From: Candidatus Gorgyraea atricola
Lineage (GTDB): Bacteria; Omnitrophota; Gorgyraeia; Gorgyraeales; Gorgyraeaceae
Length of the DNA: 64,000 bases
Direction of reading: 5' to 3'
Assembly (NCBI GenBank): GCA_030765235.1
Contig: JAVCCW010000001.1
Location: 35,172 to 99,171 of the forward strand
The translations under genes were made by a program, and so were the position numbers. Below the pieces are notes generated by a model. It searched no databases. It was given only the letters and a program-made list of their open reading frames with translations, and was not told the DNA's origin. Shown piece after piece: positions 54,409 to 64,000 of this stretch (positions are counted from its first letter, which is position 1; every line of letters begins with the position of its first letter).

Positions 54409-55712
54409 CTTTTTCTCAATCGATCGAGATATTCTCTTATCTTTTTCTCGTACCCAATATCTGTTGGTTCGTAATAAATTTTTTTATCTGGAATGTATTC
54501 CTGGTCCACGTAGTGATCCTTATATTGATGAGCGTATTTATAGTCTTTGCCATGGCCTAATATCTTTGCGCCAGGATAGCTGGCATCCTTTAGGTGTTTT
54601 GGCACTTCAAGCGTCTTATGCGCTTCTACATCCTTCATTGCCTTTTCAATGCCAAGGTACGCTGCATTGCTTTTTGGCGCGCAAGCAATATAGCAGACAG
54701 CCTGCGCCAAAGGAATCCTTGCCTCTGGCATGCCCACAAATTCAGCCACCTGAAAGGCCGCGTTTGCCACTACAATCGCCTGCGGGTCAGCATTGCCCAC
54801 ATCCTCTGCAGCGCAGATAACAATGCGACGCGCAATAAACCGAGGATCCTCTCCCGCGTAAAGCATCTTTGCGAGCCAGTATAGCGCTGCGTCAGGATCT
54901 GAGCCGCGCATGCTCTTTATAAAAGCAGATATCGTATCATAATGTCCGTCTTCGTCCTTGTCATACAGGACTGCTTTTTTCTGTATAGACTCTTCTGCTA
55001 CCTTTATATTAAAATCTACGATTCCTGATTTCGGCTTTATTGTTAATGCGCCTACTTCAAGCGCGTTAAGCGCCTTTCTCGCATCACCATCACACACATC
55101 TGCGAGAAAATTCAAAACATTCTGTTCGACCTTAATAGATATTTTCCCAAGACCTCTTTCCTTGTCTCCTAAGGCATTCTTCAATATGCTGATTATGTTT
55201 TCTTTTGATAATTTCTTTAATTCAAAAACTATTGATCGCGATATGAGCGGCGAAACCAGACTAAAAAATGGATTATGTGTTGTGGCGCCTATCAATACAG
55301 GATTGCCTGACTCCACATCCGGCATCAATACATCCTGCTGCGCCTTATTAAACCTGTGGATCTCATCTATAAAAAGTATGGTCTTCTTGCCAGATGCTCG
55401 TTCTCGCTCTTTGCTCGCCCTGATCGCATCCCTTAATTCCTGGACATTTGAAAGTACAGCGTTTATCTCATAAAAATATGTCTTTGTAATATTCGCGATC
55501 ACATGCGCGAGAGCAGTTTTTCCTGTGCCTGGCGGGCCATAGAGGATCAAAGAAGCGATCCTGTCAGCATCTATTGCTCTTCGCAAAAGCTTACCCTCGC
55601 CAAGTATATGCGTCTGGCCTATAAACTCGTCCAAAGTCCTTGGCCGCATCCGCACAGCTAAGGGCTCGTATTTTTTCACGTTCTTTTTTTTGGATTCAAA
55701 TAAATCAGGCAT
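54405..55712 (-). CDS. rarA: Replication-associated recombination protein A
   Basis: PLA.RMRP, GPPGTGKT, DEIHRFNKAQQD and SAFIKSMRGSDPD motifs. Start moved to MPDLF (55712) because the upstream extension lies in 6S RNA. Confidence 0.95.
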   Translation of the reverse strand: MPDLFESKKKNVKKYEPLAVRMRPRTLDEFIGQTHILGEGKLLRRAIDADRIASLILYGPPGTGKTALAHVIANITKTYFYEINAVLSNVQELRDAIRASKERERASGKKTILFIDEIHRFNKAQQDVLMPDVESGNPVLIGATTHNPFFSLVSPLISRSIVFELKKLSKENIISILKNALGDKERGLGKISIKVEQNVLNFLADVCDGDARKALNALEVGALTIKPKSGIVDFNIKVAEESIQKKAVLYDKDEDGHYDTISAFIKSMRGSDPDAALYWLAKMLYAGEDPRFIARRIVICAAEDVGNADPQAIVVANAAFQVAEFVGMPEARIPLAQAVCYIACAPKSNAAYLGIEKAMKDVEAHKTLEVPKHLKDASYPGAKILGHGKDYKYAHQYKDHYVDQEYIPDKKIYYEPTDIGYEKKIREYLDRLRKR

Positions 55713-55724
55713 GAGAAAATAAAA

Positions 55725-55905
55725 ATCCCCGCTAGTGCCGCATGAAAGGCCGTATTTTGAACCCATTTAGCAAGTGGGTGCCCTCTTAGATGTTTGGTGT
55801 TCCCTAGCTCCTAAGAACCAGGTCTACAGCCACACCTAACGTTAGGCTCCCAATTTAATGGTGTTGGCTCAAAAACTTCCTTTTCACCGCGCGCGCTGCA
55901 GGGAT
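55725..55905 (-). ncRNA. ssrS: 6S RNA
   Basis: About 180-nt rod closed by atccctgc..gcgggga, with tttgagcc/gggttcaaa stem and gggagc..gcacccac bubble flanks. Upstream TTGATT-17-TATAAT; downstream of pheT. Confidence 0.85.
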
Positions 55906-55951
55906 ACCTATATTATAGCATAAAGAGCTGAATAAATCAACTCGGCGCCCC

Positions 55952-58015
55952 TTACCTTATCTGCGCGCCCAGCTCCTTGACAAGCGAATCTTGTATATTT
56001 TTGTGTATCTGGATGACCTCTTCGTCCTTCAGGGTCTTTTCGTCTGAACGATATTCTACTGTATAAGCAAGGCTCTTTTTACCCTCTTGGATCTGCTGAC
56101 CTTTATAGAGATCAAAGACATCGACTGATCTCACCAGTTCATTGCCTTGCTTTTTTATCAAATCGAATATGCCCTCCGCGCTTACAGAATCATCCACGAG
56201 TATAGAGATGTCTCTCTTGATGGAAGGATATCTTGGTAATGCCATGAATTTTCTCTGAAGCTGGGCATACTGCAATATCTTTTCCATGTCAATCTCTGCG
56301 AGATAGACCTTTTGTTTTATGCCAAACTTTCTGGCGATGCTTGGCTTCACCTCTCCTGCAACACCGATTATGTCCTTGTCTATCTTTATACAGATCGATA
56401 TCTCGTCCCTGAATATGAAAGACTCTGCCTTCTCGATCTTATAATCCATTATACCAATAGACGGTAAAAAGGTCTCCACGACACCTTTTAAGTCAAAGAA
56501 CTCCAGGTCTCTTGGCCTATCTTTCCAGTTGCCTTTTGTAGATCCACACATGCCGATAGAGAGTCGCATCTTCTCTGATACTTCTCCTGCTTCTTGACCT
56601 TTGAGATAGATCTTGCTCATCTCAAAAAGCTGTATCGGGCTATTGCCCCTGTTAAGGTTCCAGCTAACAACCTCGAGCATCTCTGAAATCAAACTAGGCC
56701 TCATAAACTCCTGGTTAGAACTCAAAGGATTTTGAAGACGCACTAGCCCATCCAAAGATATGCCAAGCGCCTCTATGCTGGACCTACTCGCAAGGGTATA
56801 CGTAACGATCTCGTTAAGACTTAAAGAACAAAGAATATTCTTTAGCTCTTTTGCCAGCAGAAGTTCTGATTTTTTCTCTTCTTCATATGTCTTTTGTATT
56901 GTAAATTCGGGGATCTTTGAAGGGATCTTGTCATATCCATAAAGCCTTGCTATCTCTTCTATAAGATCTATGCCGTTTTCCAGATCCTGCCTATATGAAG
57001 GGCACCTTACAAGTATCTTCGATTTTCCTTTCTTTACAGGGTTCAGATCCAGCCTCTTAAAAATATCCATTATATCTGTAGAGATTATTTCTATGCCGAG
57101 CACCCGAGGGATCTCGTCTATATCCAGTTCGATCTCTTTTTCGTTAAGTACCTTCCCGCCTACATCAGTCAGCGTGCCCTTGAGCCTGCCACCTGCGATT
57201 TCCTTGATCATCTCTTGTGCCCTTACACTGGCAGCCAGGATCATGCCAAAATCAACTCCCCTTTCAAATCTGTAGCTCGATTCAGAGGCAAGACTAAGTT
57301 TTCTCTGGGCCTTTCTGACAATGACTGGATCAAAATACGCGCTCTCGAGCAGGATTGTTTTTGTCTTTTCTGATATCTCTGTATGTTTTCCGCCCATTAT
57401 GCCGGCTATTGCTACAGGTGAATTCGCATCCGCTATAATAAGCATACCAGGCTCTAATTCTCTTTTGACTCCGTCTATAGCAACGATCGACTCACCCTTC
57501 TTTGTCTTTCTGACAATGATCTTTCCGCCTTCCAGTTTATCAAGATCAAATGCGTGAAGAGGCTGGCCTGTTTCAAAAAGCACGTAATTTGTTATATCAA
57601 CTATGTTATTCACAGATCTAACGCCCACTGCATTGAGCCTCTCAACAAGCCACTGAGGAGAAGGTCCTACCTTGACATTTTTTATAATGCACCCTACATA
57701 CCTGGGGCATGCCTTTTTATCTAACACCTCTACTTTTGCAGAGCCGCGGCCAGACCCTTTTTTCATGTAGGCCTTTTTGATCGACGCTGGCACTTTTAGA
57801 GAGCTATCAATTGCTGCTGCAAGCTCTCTTGCAACACCCATAACAGACAGACAATCAGGCCTGTTAGGCGTGATCTCTATATCCATAATGTGGTCTTTCT
57901 CTATATTAATGACAGAAGTGACTTCAAGACCTGTCATGGTAAGGGCCTGTTGAACCTTGTCCGGCCCGCCTTTCACGTCAACATAATCCTTTAACCAATC
58001 TAAACTAATTCGCAT
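55952..58015 (-). CDS. pheT: Phenylalanine--tRNA ligase beta subunit (short form lacking the OB insert)
   Basis: ITPNRPDCLS, GQPLHAFD, RFERG, DLIEEIARLYGY motifs and an FDX-ACB C-terminus. Confidence 0.96.
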   Translation of the reverse strand: MRISLDWLKDYVDVKGGPDKVQQALTMTGLEVTSVINIEKDHIMDIEITPNRPDCLSVMGVARELAAAIDSSLKVPASIKKAYMKKGSGRGSAKVEVLDKKACPRYVGCIIKNVKVGPSPQWLVERLNAVGVRSVNNIVDITNYVLFETGQPLHAFDLDKLEGGKIIVRKTKKGESIVAIDGVKRELEPGMLIIADANSPVAIAGIMGGKHTEISEKTKTILLESAYFDPVIVRKAQRKLSLASESSYRFERGVDFGMILAASVRAQEMIKEIAGGRLKGTLTDVGGKVLNEKEIELDIDEIPRVLGIEIISTDIMDIFKRLDLNPVKKGKSKILVRCPSYRQDLENGIDLIEEIARLYGYDKIPSKIPEFTIQKTYEEEKKSELLLAKELKNILCSLSLNEIVTYTLASRSSIEALGISLDGLVRLQNPLSSNQEFMRPSLISEMLEVVSWNLNRGNSPIQLFEMSKIYLKGQEAGEVSEKMRLSIGMCGSTKGNWKDRPRDLEFFDLKGVVETFLPSIGIMDYKIEKAESFIFRDEISICIKIDKDIIGVAGEVKPSIARKFGIKQKVYLAEIDMEKILQYAQLQRKFMALPRYPSIKRDISILVDDSVSAEGIFDLIKKQGNELVRSVDVFDLYKGQQIQEGKKSLAYTVEYRSDEKTLKDEEVIQIHKNIQDSLVKELGAQIR

Positions 58016-58033
58016 AAGTCCCTTCCTTTAATA

Positions 58034-58492
58034 TTAAATTACATTAGTAATAATTCCATTAACGATTGTAAAGGTTTTTTGATTGGGCGCATTTCCCGCT
58101 GTAACGACACCTGAGTAGCCTGTAGAGGCACCCACTGAAACAGAACCTGCTGTATCGCTAACTGAAAAGACTATGGTGCTTACAGTATCAGCGTTGACTG
58201 TGCCAGTTACATCCAGGGCCTGTACAGGAACAGTTGTGCCTATGCCCACATTGCCTTCTATTACTAAATCGGCATTGGCGTCGATTGTATTTGTGCATGT
58301 ACCAGGCGCCCAGCAATAATCTGAACCAGCATAATTATCTCCTATTGCTATTTTCTTTGACCTAAGCTCATCATACGCCCCATACGGCGCAGGATAATAC
58401 GTGGTAAGTGTAATCTCTTCGGCGATACTAATAACATTCATACACAATATCGCAAATAAAATTATCGAAAATATTATAAAGATCCTCTTCAT
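58034..58492 (-). CDS. Secreted protein with an EEITLTTYYPAPYG N-terminal motif and a GNVGIGTT fibre-like repeat
   Basis: Signal peptide; motif read directly; GNVGIGTT.P...LDV.G is typical of trimeric fibre/adhesin repeats. Confidence 0.75.
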   Translation of the reverse strand: MKRIFIIFSIILFAILCMNVISIAEEITLTTYYPAPYGAYDELRSKKIAIGDNYAGSDYCWAPGTCTNTIDANADLVIEGNVGIGTTVPVQALDVTGTVNADTVSTIVFSVSDTAGSVSVGASTGYSGVVTAGNAPNQKTFTIVNGIITNVI

Positions 58493-58520
58493 AACTCCCC
58501 CTTCCGCGTAAGTTCCGCGT

Positions 58521-58563
58521 CTAAAGTAGACAAATCAGTCAGTGACTGTTTTGTCTACTTTAG
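58521..58563. repeat. 43-bp GTAG-type REP-like palindrome, copy 2, within TTCCGCG repeats
   Basis: Inverted near-identical copy of 48402-48444; four ttccgcg units flank it. Confidence 0.92.
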
Positions 58564-58585
58564 CTTCCGCGTGGTTCCGCGATTA

Positions 58586-59602
58586 TTAAAATTGCTTCAA
58601 AAACCTCACGTCGTTCTCGTAAAAGAGTCTTATGTCGTCGATGCCATGTTTTAACATGCAAATCCTGTCAATGCCCATGCCGAACGCAAGCCCTGTATAT
58701 TTCGAAGGATCTATCTTCACAAACTCAAGCACCTTTGGATTTATCATACCTGCGCCAAGCACCTCGAGCCAGCCTTTATGCGAACAGACCCTGCAGCCCT
58801 TGCCTTTGCATATAAAACATGATATATCGATCTCGGCTGAGGGTTCAGTAAAAGGAAAATAGTGCGGCCTGAACTTCATCTTTACATCGTCGCCAAAATA
58901 TTCCTTTGCAAACTTCTCCAGTATGCCCTTTAAATCAGAAAACACGATCCCTTCGTCGACCATGAATCCCTCTATCTGGTAAAACATGAACGAGTGGCTC
59001 GCGTCAACCGCATCTGGCCTGTAGACCTTGCCTGCGTGTATGACCTGTATGGGGGGCTTTTCCTTTTCCATGATCCTGATCTGCGCAGTAGATGTCTGGC
59101 TGCGCAACAGTCTCCCGCCCTCGACATAAAACGTATGAAAAGTCTCCCTTGAAGGATGTTTCTTAGGAATATTAAGCGCCTCAAAATTATAAAATTCTGT
59201 TTCCACTTCTGGCGTAATAACAGACTTAAACCCCATCCTGAGAAAAATATCTATAATGTCCTCCATGGTCTTTAAAAGCGGGTGGGCGTGGCCCATCTCC
59301 CTTTTTAAACCTGGGAGCGTCGTGTCATTTATCTCAAAAAGCGTCTGCTCTGCGTCCCTGAAAGACTGCTCCTTCTCATCCAATAAAGAGCCGATCTTAC
59401 CCTTTAATTCATTTATATACTGCCCTGCCTTTGGCTTGTCTTTTTTCGCGACATTCTTTATGCCTTTTATGGCAGAGGTGATCTCGCCTTTTCGGCCAAG
59501 ATACTTGACCTTTATCTTTTCCAGTTCTTCAAGATTGGCCACCTCTACGACTTCCTTAAGGGCAAGTTTTTCCATGGTCTTCAGTTTTTCTAACAGCTTC
59601 AT
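58586..59602 (-). CDS. pheS: Phenylalanine--tRNA ligase alpha subunit
   Basis: NFEALNIP..HPSR, LLRSQTS, FRPHYFPFTEPS and AFGMGIDR motifs. Confidence 0.97.
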   Translation of the reverse strand: MKLLEKLKTMEKLALKEVVEVANLEELEKIKVKYLGRKGEITSAIKGIKNVAKKDKPKAGQYINELKGKIGSLLDEKEQSFRDAEQTLFEINDTTLPGLKREMGHAHPLLKTMEDIIDIFLRMGFKSVITPEVETEFYNFEALNIPKKHPSRETFHTFYVEGGRLLRSQTSTAQIRIMEKEKPPIQVIHAGKVYRPDAVDASHSFMFYQIEGFMVDEGIVFSDLKGILEKFAKEYFGDDVKMKFRPHYFPFTEPSAEIDISCFICKGKGCRVCSHKGWLEVLGAGMINPKVLEFVKIDPSKYTGLAFGMGIDRICMLKHGIDDIRLFYENDVRFLKQF

Positions 59603-59612
59603 GCATTCCCCC

Positions 59613-60314
59613 TTATTTCTCTATATGATATTTCTTCTTGAACTTATCCAGGTTCTCGTTCGAGCCTATAATTACAAAAGTATCTCCTTGTTTAACAACA
59701 TAATCTGCCTTTGGCGCCACATTTAAGTCTTCTTTGCCGTCTGCGCCCGCGTCCTTTCTCCGTATGCCAATAATATTCAGTCCGTGTTTTGCCCTAACGT
59801 CCATGTCCCTGATGGACTTTCCAATAAATTCCTTTGGCGGCACTGTTTCCATTATGCCGAATTCTGGCGAGAGCTCTATGTGTTCGAGTATAGACGGGGA
59901 TGTAAGTGAATTCGCGATCCTTGCGCCCATGTCCCTTTCGAGCAGCACTACTTTTTCTGCGCCGACCTTTTCCAGGACCTTGCCATGTTCATTTGTTACT
60001 GCGCGGGCAACAACATGCTGGATGCCCAGCTCCTTTAAAATCAATGTCGTAAGAACAGAGGCCTCGAGATTTGTGCCTATGCCTACTACTGCCACATCCA
60101 CATTCATTATGCCAACAGCCTTTAGCGCCTTTTCATCTGTAGAATCCACCTGCACTGCTTCTGTTGCAAACTCAGATGCCTCCTGCACCAATTCTTCGTC
60201 TTTATCAATAGCCAGCACCTGATGGCCTTTTTCGCTCAATGTCTTTGCCACGCTCCAACCAAACCTGCCCAATCCTATTACCGCGAACTGTCTCATTTTA
60301 TCCTCCTTAGCCAA
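59613..60314 (-). CDS. ktrA: Ktr/Trk K+ uptake NAD-binding RCK subunit
   Basis: FAVIGLGRFG and ERDMG.RIA motifs plus TrkA-C domain. Confidence 0.9.
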   Translation of the reverse strand: MAKEDKMRQFAVIGLGRFGWSVAKTLSEKGHQVLAIDKDEELVQEASEFATEAVQVDSTDEKALKAVGIMNVDVAVVGIGTNLEASVLTTLILKELGIQHVVARAVTNEHGKVLEKVGAEKVVLLERDMGARIANSLTSPSILEHIELSPEFGIMETVPPKEFIGKSIRDMDVRAKHGLNIIGIRRKDAGADGKEDLNVAPKADYVVKQGDTFVIIGSNENLDKFKKKYHIEK

Positions 60315-61665
60315 CCATGACTTTTTCTTCAGGATATTTATAGATGATCTGCTGTTCCTTCATCGCAACTGCGAGCGCAAGCGTCAAAGGCCCTATCCTC
60401 CCGACAAACATTGTGATCATGATCAAGAATTTTCCCGCAGGGCTTAATATAGGTGTAATGCCTGTTGAAAGTCCTACTGTGCCGAATGCAGAAGTAACCT
60501 CAAACAGTATCTGTAAAAAATAATTAGGCATTGCCTCGTTCCCGCGCTCAACAAAACTTAGAAGCATAGTAAAGCCCACTATCCATGTAACAGCCAGACC
60601 TGCTATCATCACTGCCTTTCTGAAAATCGGCCGGGGTATAGTCCTTTTAAATCCCTGTATATTATTCCTGTTTTTTATCATGCTCCATGCGCCTGCTAAA
60701 AGAACCCCGAAGGTACATGTCTTTATGCCGCCGCCTGTTGAACCAGGCGAGGCGCCTATGAACATTAATATAATAATGAAAAATAGCGTCGGGCTTGCAA
60801 GATCAGCTATGGACACTGTATTAAAACCTGCTGTCCTGGATGTGGTGGATTGGAAAAATGATGTTAAGATTTTATCCTTCAGGCCAAGACCATCCAAGAC
60901 CTGGTGATTCTCGAGCAAAAAGAAAACTGCTGCGCCCAGTAAAAGTAACGCGGCACTCACACTCACAGCCATCTTTGTCTGAAGGCTTAGTTTTGCGAAA
61001 AGATGTTTAACCCCTTCCTTGCTCCCTAAAAAGAGTTTTCGAAAAGCCCATCTGAAGATCTTTGGAATATCTATAAGCACTATAAATCCAATACCGCCCA
61101 GAATAATCAGGGCGATCATGACGAGATTCACATACGCATCCTGCCTGTACAAGGCAAAACTCGCGGCATTGAGTGAAAATCCAGCGTTGCAAAATGCAGA
61201 TATAGCATGAAAGATTGAGGCATAGATGTCGCCAAATCGATTATACAAAAGCGCCGCGCCGATAGCCTCCAGACAAAACGTTATCCCGAGAATATACAGG
61301 ATAAGTGTCTTTAGCCCTAGCACAGAATGGTGATCAAGCGCGCCCTTCACTACGACATTTTCGCGAAGCGTAAGTTTTCTGCCCAAGAGAATCGCGAAGA
61401 ATGTGGATAGCGTCATTATGCCGAGTCCGCCTATCTGTATTAGAAATAATATTACAGAGCGGCCGAAGTCAGAAAAATCAGTGCCTGTGTCCTTTACAAT
61501 AAGCCCTGTGACGCAGGTAGCGCTTGTCGCAGTAAAAAATGCATCCACTGCGCCTATTGATTCGCCATCACTAGAGCTCTGAGGCAAAGACAAAAGCACT
61601 GCACCAATGAGAATTGCTATAAGAAAGCTAAATATCACCACCTGAGGCGGTTTCAATTTACGCAT
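60307..61665 (-). CDS. ktrB: Ktr/Trk K+ uptake membrane subunit
   Basis: Four pore motifs: SATCVTGL, SAFCNAGF, RTAGF, SAFGTVGLS. Confidence 0.92.
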   Translation of the reverse strand: MRKLKPPQVVIFSFLIAILIGAVLLSLPQSSSDGESIGAVDAFFTATSATCVTGLIVKDTGTDFSDFGRSVILFLIQIGGLGIMTLSTFFAILLGRKLTLRENVVVKGALDHHSVLGLKTLILYILGITFCLEAIGAALLYNRFGDIYASIFHAISAFCNAGFSLNAASFALYRQDAYVNLVMIALIILGGIGFIVLIDIPKIFRWAFRKLFLGSKEGVKHLFAKLSLQTKMAVSVSAALLLLGAAVFFLLENHQVLDGLGLKDKILTSFFQSTTSRTAGFNTVSIADLASPTLFFIIILMFIGASPGSTGGGIKTCTFGVLLAGAWSMIKNRNNIQGFKRTIPRPIFRKAVMIAGLAVTWIVGFTMLLSFVERGNEAMPNYFLQILFEVTSAFGTVGLSTGITPILSPAGKFLIMITMFVGRIGPLTLALAVAMKEQQIIYKYPEEKVMVG

Positions 61666-61675
61666 AAGAGCTTAC

Positions 61676-62026
61676 TTATTTCTTTTTCGTGGCGTCTACT
61701 AGTTTCTTAAAAACTGGTCTATCATTCACTGCTAGATCTGCCAGGATCTTCCTATTTAGACTCACCTTTGAATCTGACAAGGACTTCATGAATTTGCTGT
61801 AAGATACGCCAAGGTCTTTACAGGCATTGGATATCCTTAGAATCCAGAGTCTTCTTATAGTTCTTTTTTTCACACGCCTATCTCTAGTGGCGTACATAAG
61901 GGCTTTATTGACTGACTCCATTGTGACTCTGTGCCACTTGCTCCTGCCAGCCCTCTGGCCCTTTGCCATCTTAGAAACTTTTTTTCTGCGTGCGCGCGAT
62001 GCTGGTCCATATTTTACTCGTGCCAC
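61676..62026 (-). CDS. rplT: 50S ribosomal protein L20
   Basis: MARVK, YATRDRR.KKR..RRLWI.RI and LNRKILADLA motifs. Confidence 0.97.
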   Translation of the reverse strand: MARVKYGPASRARRKKVSKMAKGQRAGRSKWHRVTMESVNKALMYATRDRRVKKRTIRRLWILRISNACKDLGVSYSKFMKSLSDSKVSLNRKILADLAVNDRPVFKKLVDATKKK

Positions 62027-62038
62027 TTTCCCCTCCTT

Positions 62039-62236
62039 TTAACCGTACGGTAACAATTTCTTTGTTCTTCTTGCTACCTTTCCTGTAATTATTGTGGCCT
62101 TTCTTAAGCCGCGCTTGCGGCCAGAAGATTTAGACGTCAATAAATGTCTTCTTCCTGCTTTATGACCTTTGAGTTTCCCCTTTTTTGTTAATTTAAGACG
62201 CTTCTTCGCGCCCTTGTTCGTCTTTAACTTTGGCAT
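62039..62236 (-). CDS. rpmI: 50S ribosomal protein L35
   Basis: MPKLKT.KGAKKR...HLLT.KS..RKR.LR...LLPY. Confidence 0.97.
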   Translation of the reverse strand: MPKLKTNKGAKKRLKLTKKGKLKGHKAGRRHLLTSKSSGRKRGLRKATIITGKVARRTKKLLPYG

Positions 62237-62247
62237 TATATTCTCCT

Positions 62248-62775
62248 TTATTTCTTTACAGTGCTTTTAGCGCGCGGGGTAAAGTACACCTGGATGCTTC
62301 TGCCTTCCCGTGCAGGGCCTTTTTCAACCTCTCCGACATCAGCAAGATCAGATACAACGCGGTCCAATACCTTCCTGCCTATATCCATGTGAGCCATCTC
62401 CCTGCCCCTGAATACCATTGTAATCTTTGTCTTATCCCCTCTTTCCAAAAATTTCTTGAGATGGTGAAGCTTGACCTGATAGTCGTGTTCTTCTATATGA
62501 GGTTTTACCTTGATCTCCTTTAGATGCACTATCTTTTGATGTTTGCGGGCCTCTTTTTCCTTTTTATCCTGGTCGTATTTGAATTTACTATAATCCATAA
62601 TACGACATACAGGCGGCTTTGCAGAAGCTGCGACTTCTACTAAATCAAGTCCTGCCTCCTGCGCCCTCTGCAGCGCATCTTGAGTGGGCACAACTCCCAT
62701 CTGCTCACTATCAGGCCCTATCAACCTGACCTCTTTTATCCTGATTCTTTGATTTACTCTAAGTGGCCTTGCGAT
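62248..62775 (-). CDS. infC: Translation initiation factor IF-3, probable non-canonical ATC start
   Basis: RVNQRIR..EVRLIG, LDLVEV, PPVCRIMDY and FRGRE motifs. GGAGG SD lies 8 nt before ATC 62775, whereas GTG 62784 overlaps the SD. Confidence 0.93.
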   Translation of the reverse strand: MARPLRVNQRIRIKEVRLIGPDSEQMGVVPTQDALQRAQEAGLDLVEVAASAKPPVCRIMDYSKFKYDQDKKEKEARKHQKIVHLKEIKVKPHIEEHDYQVKLHHLKKFLERGDKTKITMVFRGREMAHMDIGRKVLDRVVSDLADVGEVEKGPAREGRSIQVYFTPRAKSTVKK

Positions 62776-62787
62776 ACTAATCACCTC

Positions 62788-64000
62788 CTATTTTCGTTGT
62801 TCGGTTTTAGGTGTTCGCGATTCGTCTTTTATCCTCTTCAAAAACTCCTCTATCTTTATAGTGCCGAGATTGCCTTCTTTTCTTGCGCGGAGCGAAACCG
62901 TACCAGCGTCTTTTTCCTTGTCGCCCACGATCAGCATATACGGGACCTTGTTTAATTCTGCCTCGCGTATCTTATACTGAAGCTTTTCGCTCCTTGCGTC
63001 TATCTCAGCCCTTATATCTTCCTCCTGTAATTTCTTCAAAATGCCTGTTGCGTAATCATGCGAGCGATCTGTGATCGGGGCCACTACTGCCTGCACAGGA
63101 CTAAGCCACACAGGAAACGCGCCTTTATAATGCTCGATAAGCGTACCTATAAAACGCTCAACACTCCCGAGTATAACCCTGTGCAACATTACTGGTCTCT
63201 CTTTTTTGCCGTCTTTCGATATGTAAGATAGATCAAATCTTTCAGGCAACGCAAAATCACACTGTACTGTTGCGCACTGCCAAGGACGGCCCAATGCATC
63301 TTTTACCATGATATCTATCTTTGGCCCGTAAAACGCTCCCTCGCCCTCGTTGACTTCGTACTTCATGCTTTTTGACTCGAGCGCCTTCTTTAGCGCGCCT
63401 GTAGCAGCTTCCCAAATATCGAGTGAGCCAATGTATTTTGGCGGGCGGGTTGAAAGATCGATCTTATAATCAGTAAATCCAAACACCTTCATTGTATCAA
63501 TGACAAAATCTATAACACCCTCGATCTCTTTTTCAACCTGTGATGGAAGACAAAAGATATGCGCATCGTCCTGCGTAAATCCTCTTACCCTTAAAAGCCC
63601 ATGGAGCACGCCTGATTTTTCGCGCCTGTGCACATTGCCTAATTCAAAAAATCGTATAGGCAGGTCCTTGTAGCTGCGTAGTTTTGACTTATAGATCAGC
63701 ATATGGCCAGGACAGTTCATTGGCTTTAGCACATACTCGTCTTTCTCGACCTTAAAGATGTACATGTTTTCTTTATAATATTCATAATGGCCAGAAGTGA
63801 CCCAGATGTCTGATTTTAAGATATGCGGGCTCATAACTATCTGATAGCCGCGCTTCAAATGTTCTTTCTTTATGTAATCCTCTATGTGCATCCTTAATAA
63901 AGCGCCTTTTGGATGATAAAACACAAGGCCTGGCCCGACCTCGTCGTGGATGCTGAATAGATCCAGGTCTTTGCCAAGTTTTCTGTGATCCCGGAGCTTT
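62788..64000 (-). CDS. thrS: Threonine--tRNA ligase (5'-truncated by the window edge)
   Basis: Frame stays open to the window end ([13 protein letters not shown]); [21 protein letters not shown] and GAFYGPKID motifs. Confidence 0.97.
   Translation of the reverse strand, partial: KLRDHRKLGKDLDLFSIHDEVGPGLVFYHPKGALLRMHIEDYIKKEHLKRGYQIVMSPHILKSDIWVTSGHYEYYKENMYIFKVEKDEYVLKPMNCPGHMLIYKSKLRSYKDLPIRFFELGNVHRREKSGVLHGLLRVRGFTQDDAHIFCLPSQVEKEIEGVIDFVIDTMKVFGFTDYKIDLSTRPPKYIGSLDIWEAATGALKKALESKSMKYEVNEGEGAFYGPKIDIMVKDALGRPWQCATVQCDFALPERFDLSYISKDGKKERPVMLHRVILGSVERFIGTLIEHYKGAFPVWLSPVQAVVAPITDRSHDYATGILKKLQEEDIRAEIDARSEKLQYKIREAELNKVPYMLIVGDKEKDAGTVSLRARKEGNLGTIKIEEFLKRIKDESRTPKTEQRK

Noticed and set aside
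55713-55766. N-terminal extension of rarA in the ORF track
   Set aside because: Overlaps the 3' stem of 6S RNA; MPDLF at 55712 is the more plausible start.
75-63074. Many plus-strand ORFs of 60-258 aa (e.g. 3289-4065, 54044-54820)
   Set aside because: They lie antisense to well-supported minus-strand genes and have no recognisable motifs, so they are shadow ORFs.

Overview
Bacterial chromosomal window. Almost all genes lie on the minus strand; only one credible gene is on plus. Gene style, especially the 'ITLTTYYPAPYG' protein and the giant signal-peptide multi-enzyme proteins, suggests Omnitrophota or a relative (inference). Housekeeping content: pyrR-(GIY-YIG)-pyrB-pyrC-endoQ-pyrK with a PyrR attenuator; trehalose genes otsA-otsB-DUF5752-treT with mscS/yggT; nnrE-glmS-rsmI; an AmmeMemoRadiSam locus; lgt; thyA; Rrf2-cysK-homocysteine synthesis-NifU-rex; rarA; 6S RNA; and thrS-infC-rpmI-rplT-ktrB-ktrA-pheS-x-pheT. 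The main signal is seven accessory genes (615-1723 aa) sharing an N-terminal signal-like leader followed by an L-R-x-x-[L/I] motif, yet carrying cargo that normally works in a cytoplasm: UGPase-like, NDP-sugar epimerase, SLOG, class III FBPase, GHMP kinase, PGI, winged HTH, tandem Fis-type HTHs and a sigma-70-like domain. This is a candidate family of exported, host-directed effectors assembled from nucleotide-identical leader and linker modules. Also present: a GIY-YIG gene inside 22-bp inverted repeats, several families of miniature palindromes (some inserted into genes or RNA hairpins), in-frame heptamer repeats, a duplicated structured RNA, and a split radical-SAM N-terminus. All protein assignments come from recognising motifs by eye; no database searches were run.
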